61,332 nt of DNA from a virus. Taxonomy: Duplodnaviria; Caudoviricetes. Position 1 is the stretch's first letter. Each line of letters opens with the position of its first letter. Location: the IMG/VR virus record IMGVR_UViG_3300028883_000051, positions 1-61,332 of that record. One strand, given 5' to 3'. The notes beneath the pieces are model-generated. The model made no database searches. It saw only the letters and a list, made by a program, of their open reading frames with translations, and was not told the origin of the DNA. Below are positions 56,746-61,332 of this stretch, piece by piece. The translations under genes and the position numbers were made by a program.

Positions 56746-57308
56746 TCAGATCGTATATTAATCAGCGGGGCTGCGACTACTACATCATTTGATACATGAT
56801 ATTTTCTGTTAAAAATTGCTTGGTGTTTTCTGTAATAAGCACCATGCCCGTACTCTATTTGTAAACTACCCCTATCATTTACATAAAAATGATCGTCAAA
56901 GGTATCATTATGTTCATGTATTTGTGGGCCGATATAGATTTGATTTGTTACTAATTTTTCTGTATCTACGTCAAAGCCTTCTGGAAAGTAACCTTTCACA
57001 TAATGTAATACAATGTGTTTTTTATAAAAGATATAACGATCCGGTTCATTATCCCAAAATCTTTTACTGTACCAGTGAATACATGCCATCCTATGTAAAT
57101 ATACCATATACGTACTGATATATTTTAAATTAGGTAAAATATGGAAACCAGATTTACAAAGAATAAGTTCCCCATTATAGTTATAACGTTTACCTTCTTC
57201 TACTGGCACATTAAGTAAATCATAAGAAAATCGTGGAAAATCATTTATATTTGGTTTAAAAAAAAGTTTAAACCCGGTATACCACGCATCAGGATTTGTT
57301 TTATACAT
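56742..57308 (-). CDS. Hypothetical protein (family D: GxK.F...LC..GFH)
   Basis: GFKLF...FSYDLLNVPV...LCKSGFHI. Confidence 0.8.
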   Translation of the reverse strand: MYKTNPDAWYTGFKLFFKPNINDFPRFSYDLLNVPVEEGKRYNYNGELILCKSGFHILPNLKYISTYMVYLHRMACIHWYSKRFWDNEPDRYIFYKKHIVLHYVKGYFPEGFDVDTEKLVTNQIYIGPQIHEHNDTFDDHFYVNDRGSLQIEYGHGAYYRKHQAIFNRKYHVSNDVVVAAPLINIRSD

Positions 57309-57314
57309 ATCAAT

Positions 57315-57860
57315 TTACCCTTTCTTTGGATCACAATAGACGGTAGTCCATAGCATCTTTTCTGCGGCATTACTCACAATAGCTTTTTCTTCTTTTGTCC
57401 ATTGTAAATAATCTAACATATCTCTATCGGTAATTATACTTATATCAAGACGGGCCATAAGCCTGCGTCTAAACCGATCACCGATAAAATCCCATAATGA
57501 TGTAAGTTCTATCTTGTCGTATACAAACAGATAATCGGTAGCAAATATTTCCGGGTAATGGCTATTATAAGATAAGTTATTCCACGCTATACCACCTACA
57601 AGATACAATTGTACGTTACCTTTATGTAGGTTATACAAGGCATATTGTGTATGCTCCCGGCGTGTATCCTGTGAAAACATAATATATGCTAAATTTGCAA
57701 GCGTATCTCTTGGATTTGTATACAGATGAAAACCGCACGTACCAAAACGTACTTGTTGTAAGTGTATATACGTCGTTTCCAGTGTCACAGGCGTATCACG
57801 CATATCAAAGTTAAAATGATTATTGTAAAACCACTTGTACCCATACCATAGCTTTGCCAT
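57315..57860 (-). CDS. Hypothetical protein (family D)
   Basis: GYKWF...FNFDMRDTPV...TCGFHLY. Confidence 0.8.
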   Translation of the reverse strand: MAKLWYGYKWFYNNHFNFDMRDTPVTLETTYIHLQQVRFGTCGFHLYTNPRDTLANLAYIMFSQDTRREHTQYALYNLHKGNVQLYLVGGIAWNNLSYNSHYPEIFATDYLFVYDKIELTSLWDFIGDRFRRRLMARLDISIITDRDMLDYLQWTKEEKAIVSNAAEKMLWTTVYCDPKKG

Positions 57861-57861
57861 C

Positions 57862-58479
57862 TTATATCCTTTTGTCTGTTAAATCAATCAGCGGGTAGTA
57901 TTCTTTATCACGATAAATATCAAGCATACCTTTCATTTCCGGACGTGTCCACATATACGGCTTATATGAAAAATAAGGCGTACATTTAAACGTAAAATCC
58001 TTTGCCGTCGTACCGGGCATATAAGGGTTTTTGTACCCCTGTGCAATACTATGTATAAACGTATGGTTATCTACAATCGGTTCGTGTACCCACAATAGAT
58101 TTGATACAACTATTTTTCCACTGGAGTCATAACCCACATGCTCATATAATCCTGTATAATTTACAAAAACTTTATATACGGTTAATCTATCAAGAAACTT
58201 AAAAGAAGAATACTTATTACGATGACTACTAGGGTAGAAATGACCACTGTGGTATAAATACCGTATAGCATATTTAATATCTTCCAAAGCAGTATAGATA
58301 TGAAATCCAGTATTACATAAACGTGGTCTGATATTAAGAAAATACGCTGTTTGCCGTCTTACGGGTACATATTTAAGATCATAATTAAAATAACTAGTAC
58401 CATCTTCATTGGTAAAAAATAACTTATAACCAAAAGAACAACTTGTACTAAAACCACCTAATATCTGTTTGTATTCCAT
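57862..58479 (-). CDS. Hypothetical protein (family D)
   Basis: GYKLF...FNYDLKYVPV...LCNTGFHIY; GGGAG RBS. Confidence 0.8.
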   Translation of the reverse strand: MEYKQILGGFSTSCSFGYKLFFTNEDGTSYFNYDLKYVPVRRQTAYFLNIRPRLCNTGFHIYTALEDIKYAIRYLYHSGHFYPSSHRNKYSSFKFLDRLTVYKVFVNYTGLYEHVGYDSSGKIVVSNLLWVHEPIVDNHTFIHSIAQGYKNPYMPGTTAKDFTFKCTPYFSYKPYMWTRPEMKGMLDIYRDKEYYPLIDLTDKRI

Positions 58480-58489
58480 TTTAATCTCC

Positions 58490-58975
58490 CTAAAGATTAA
58501 CAAACTCTACTGAACGTGTATTAAGATAATACTCCCATGCCGCTTTATTTTTATCCGTCCACATGTAATCGCTATAATGCTTAAGTAGTTGTTCATAAGA
58601 GTGTAGTCTACAAACATCTATAAGAAGTGCATCCGGTAATCTATCAACAACAAAGAGTTTATTTGTTACCGCTTTACTACGATAAGATGAATAAATCTTA
58701 TGTTGCAGATTACAGATAATATCCTTTCCCGTAGCAATTACCCGATATAAATTTACCGTTTTATTTGGGTCATACTTTTGAAACATCTCATATAACACCA
58801 TAGAATATATACTTAAATCTGAAATATTTTCATAAAAATGTAAACCCTGTTTACATAAAACAGGATACTTATCCAGAATATAACCTGTTCTTTCTTTTAC
58901 AAGCACGTGTTCAAGATTAAATGAAAAATGCGCAGGCGTACCCATAAACACTTTATAACCAAATACACTATCCAT
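58490..58975 (-). CDS. Hypothetical protein (family D)
   Basis: GYKVF...FSFNLEHVLV...LCKQGLHFY. Confidence 0.8.
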   Translation of the reverse strand: MDSVFGYKVFMGTPAHFSFNLEHVLVKERTGYILDKYPVLCKQGLHFYENISDLSIYSMVLYEMFQKYDPNKTVNLYRVIATGKDIICNLQHKIYSSYRSKAVTNKLFVVDRLPDALLIDVCRLHSYEQLLKHYSDYMWTDKNKAAWEYYLNTRSVEFVNL

Positions 58976-59448
58976 TATAGTTCCTCATGATAGAACGCAA
59001 GCGTATCGTTTAAGTTATCAACATCTTCTTCTGTAAAAAAGCACGTTATCCACTTCATAAGGATATTTTCCCAAAAGCCCGTCGAATTTCCCTCACAAAT
59101 GGTCACACTAATAAACCTACTCCATTCATTCTGCGATATAAACTGATTAGGGTATCCTATTTCATAAGCGGCATAGGCGATTGTTTCTATGATAAGCATA
59201 TACAATACATATTCCTTTTCATATTTGCTTTCATAAATTTTATTCTTACGCCACTTAGTAATTGCGGTATAGAGCATAGTATGCGCTAAACCCTTCTGTG
59301 TAAATTCCTTGCTGTATTTATTCCTTGTACCATAGGTAAGTGTAGCAACCGTAATATCGATTATATCGGGCGTAGAAAAACGTGACCATTCAGGCTCAAA
59401 AAACGCAAACAATTCCTTATATACAAGATCAATCAGTTTGTTATTCAT
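58975..59448 (-). CDS. Helical hypothetical protein (pair E)
   Basis: F...EWSR.I...IL..W....D...LN shared with next gene. Confidence 0.7.
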   Translation of the reverse strand: MNNKLIDLVYKELFAFFEPEWSRFSTPDIIDITVATLTYGTRNKYSKEFTQKGLAHTMLYTAITKWRKNKIYESKYEKEYVLYMLIIETIAYAAYEIGYPNQFISQNEWSRFISVTICEGNSTGFWENILMKWITCFFTEEDVDNLNDTLAFYHEEL

Positions 59449-59953
59449 TATCTTCTTCTTTCTGTAAACTCTGAATATGATGATACATGATATTATTTAA
59501 AAGAACAGCATCTACATCGGATACGCCGTAATCAAGCCATATACCAAGAATATCTTTTACAAGCGGTGACGTAATTTGCTGCCGAATACTTGTAATAGCT
59601 CTTTCCCATTCATCGGATGCAAAACTACCATCCATAAGATAGTAATGATTAAAGTACATACACGTAATTATAGCGTGTAGTAGATTTACCTTAAAATAAT
59701 AAACAATATCCGTATATAAATATTGTTCCGGGGCATCATATTCTTTAATGAAATCGTCAATAGGTACACTATGTAAGATATATGGAAGTAGTATACGGGA
59801 AAAATTATCTTTAACAGGCGTACTTAAAAGACGTTCTATTCTATATTGTAATTCTTTTACAGTTAAATTCGGATAATGATGTTTTTTATAAATATCTAAA
59901 ACATGTTCTTTTACTTTTAGATACATATCCGAATATTTATTTCGATCTTCCAT
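59441..59953 (-). CDS. Helical hypothetical protein (pair E)
   Basis: F...EWER.I...IL..W....D...LN; GGGAG RBS before MEDRN. Confidence 0.7.
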   Translation of the reverse strand: MEDRNKYSDMYLKVKEHVLDIYKKHHYPNLTVKELQYRIERLLSTPVKDNFSRILLPYILHSVPIDDFIKEYDAPEQYLYTDIVYYFKVNLLHAIITCMYFNHYYLMDGSFASDEWERAITSIRQQITSPLVKDILGIWLDYGVSDVDAVLLNNIMYHHIQSLQKEEDNE

Positions 59954-60020
59954 TAGTTTTTCTCCCACGCTATAAGCGAAATAATCAACCAGATACCTAC
60001 AAAAGCAATCAGCATGTTAA

Positions 60021-60488
60021 TCATTGTAAAATTACCCTTTCTATATCTTTTAATTGGTCAAGATTATCAATAAACAGGACGGGTAAATTAGATGCAAGCA
60101 CTTCATCGTGTACTTGCCTGCGTGGATGGTTTAAGTGCCAGTAACCTCTTACCTCAATAAACCAGTTATAGTCAGGTAAGAAGAAATCAACATTACTACC
60201 TAGTTCGAGAATAGGATAGTGCTGTTCGTAGCTAATGCCCTTACTACGTAAATAAGCACTAACTTCATCTTCCCATGTACTTGTAATTTTTGAAGCAAGT
60301 ACGCTTGCACACGTCCGACAGAAGGTATCTTTCTTAAGGTCGCTTAACGATAATAGCCGCAATTTTTTACATCCACAGCACATGACGACATAACGTGTTT
60401 CTTTTTTATCAGGTCTATTTCTCCGGGGAGCGGGTACGATACATTTATCTATAACCTTATTATTTTGCAAATAGACGTGATCTAGCAT
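60021..60488 (-). CDS. Zn-binding plus Vsr/PD-(D/E)XK-like endonuclease (putative homing endonuclease)
   Basis: CCGC...CRTC; STWEDEV, DFFLP...IEVRGYWH. Confidence 0.75.
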   Translation of the reverse strand: MLDHVYLQNNKVIDKCIVPAPRRNRPDKKETRYVVMCCGCKKLRLLSLSDLKKDTFCRTCASVLASKITSTWEDEVSAYLRSKGISYEQHYPILELGSNVDFFLPDYNWFIEVRGYWHLNHPRRQVHDEVLASNLPVLFIDNLDQLKDIERVILQ

Positions 60489-60709
60489 GAGTCGAGTATA
60501 CCCCGCTTTCGTTAGAATTATATAAGATTTGTATAAGATGGGTGTTAGAAAGTAGCAGACTTATTTCTTTTTTCCTATAGGAAAAACGTATAAATAAATA
60601 AGTCTGATACGGTATGGCGGTAAGGTAGGGGGTACTACGTACACCCCATACCTTACCTATACCGTTTACCTTTTTAGACTTTTTAATGCCTTTTTATAGT
60701 ATCAAAAAG

Positions 60710-61237
60710 TCAATCAAAAAGTTCTGGCATATCATCCTTATCACGTAATTGCCGCCATGTTTGCTTAATTTCAGTGATAAGTTGATCATAATCGAAAGCA
60801 TCTAATTCGCCTAATTCTTTCTGTTCGTAAATAGACGCATATTCGATTATATCATTCAGACGATCTTCTTGTGTTACAAGATGATCATGTGTGGTATGTG
60901 CAATATTTTCGAGACTATCGATATATTCCTTTACATTAGCGTATTCTGGCAATGGCACATATCGCTTCAATACAGCAAGTACGTAGTCTATTGTAAGTAC
61001 GTGGTCAGTAGTGTGACTATTCATACTTACAATGCCATCGAAAAATTCATTCCTTATTTCGGTAAGTGATTCTTCTATTTCTTTAATAGTACCATAATCG
61101 CCGTCATTGTTTACAATATCATTATTGTAATCAGTGACAGCATTTTTGTAATAACTGTAAAGATCAGCAATAGCATCTTGCTGTTCTTCTACAATATCCA
61201 GCAGCATACGAATAATATCATCTTTACTCTGTATCAT
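60710..61237 (-). CDS. Acidic helical/coiled-coil hypothetical protein (family A); start MIQSK
   Basis: AAGGA RBS; after circularisation it directly follows 19..432. Confidence 0.75.
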   Translation of the reverse strand: MIQSKDDIIRMLLDIVEEQQDAIADLYSYYKNAVTDYNNDIVNNDGDYGTIKEIEESLTEIRNEFFDGIVSMNSHTTDHVLTIDYVLAVLKRYVPLPEYANVKEYIDSLENIAHTTHDHLVTQEDRLNDIIEYASIYEQKELGELDAFDYDQLITEIKQTWRQLRDKDDMPELFD

Positions 61238-61331
61238 TAAGATTATCCTTTTTATACTGTTTAAGCATAGAACGATAGTGATCGTATTTATCATTAAAAT
61301 ATCGATGAATTTTCACATCGTCATAACGTAC
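61206..61331. repeat. Terminal direct repeat, right copy
   Basis: Identical to 1-126. Confidence 0.95.
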
Positions 61332-61332
61332 A

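Noticed and set aside
1-61332. Stop-codon reassignment, inteins, introns or a diversity-generating retroelement
   Set aside because: Core genes are full length in code 11 with normal sizes; no reverse transcriptase or TR/VR pair seen

Overview
The window is an apparently complete, circularly permuted genome (about 61.2 kb) of an AT-rich, probably lytic siphovirus-type phage. Bases 1-126 are repeated at 61206-61331 and I recognise no integrase. Layout: (i) a leftward early arm of small genes, many in paralog families, plus an ArdC-like protein (55.1-61.2 kb continuing into 1-7.3 kb); (ii) a mostly non-coding divergence region with a small rightward cassette (7.3-11.2 kb); (iii) a rightward operon with an RHH regulator, a dual-frame C5 DNA methyltransferase and small Cys-rich proteins, ending in a tmRNA-like RNA; (iv) a glycoside-hydrolase-like lysin candidate, tRNA-Leu(UAA), a TerS-like gene, tmk and dcd; (v) a morphogenesis operon (TerL, portal, scaffold, MCP, connectors, tail tube, chaperone frameshift, tape measure, tail, holin-like genes) interrupted by three glycosyltransferases and a SAM methyltransferase; (vi) a leftward replication arm (PolA, SSB-like, AAA ATPase, exonuclease, RuvC-like, SNF2, ThyX, two adenine MTase-like genes, primase-helicase, class II RNR, Ro60/TROVE). 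Many near-consensus sigma70 promoters imply use of host RNA polymerase. The most striking signals are RNA-based. One is a 73-nt 'mini-tmRNA' consisting only of the tRNA-like domain (G3.U70 pair, tmRNA-type D-loop, no mRNA domain). The other is a separately promoted ORF-less transcript directly downstream of Ro60, holding two tandem stem-loops that share motifs (candidate new Y-RNA type). All calls come from reading motifs by eye; no database search or folding program was run. A Chloroflexota-like host is only a weak guess.
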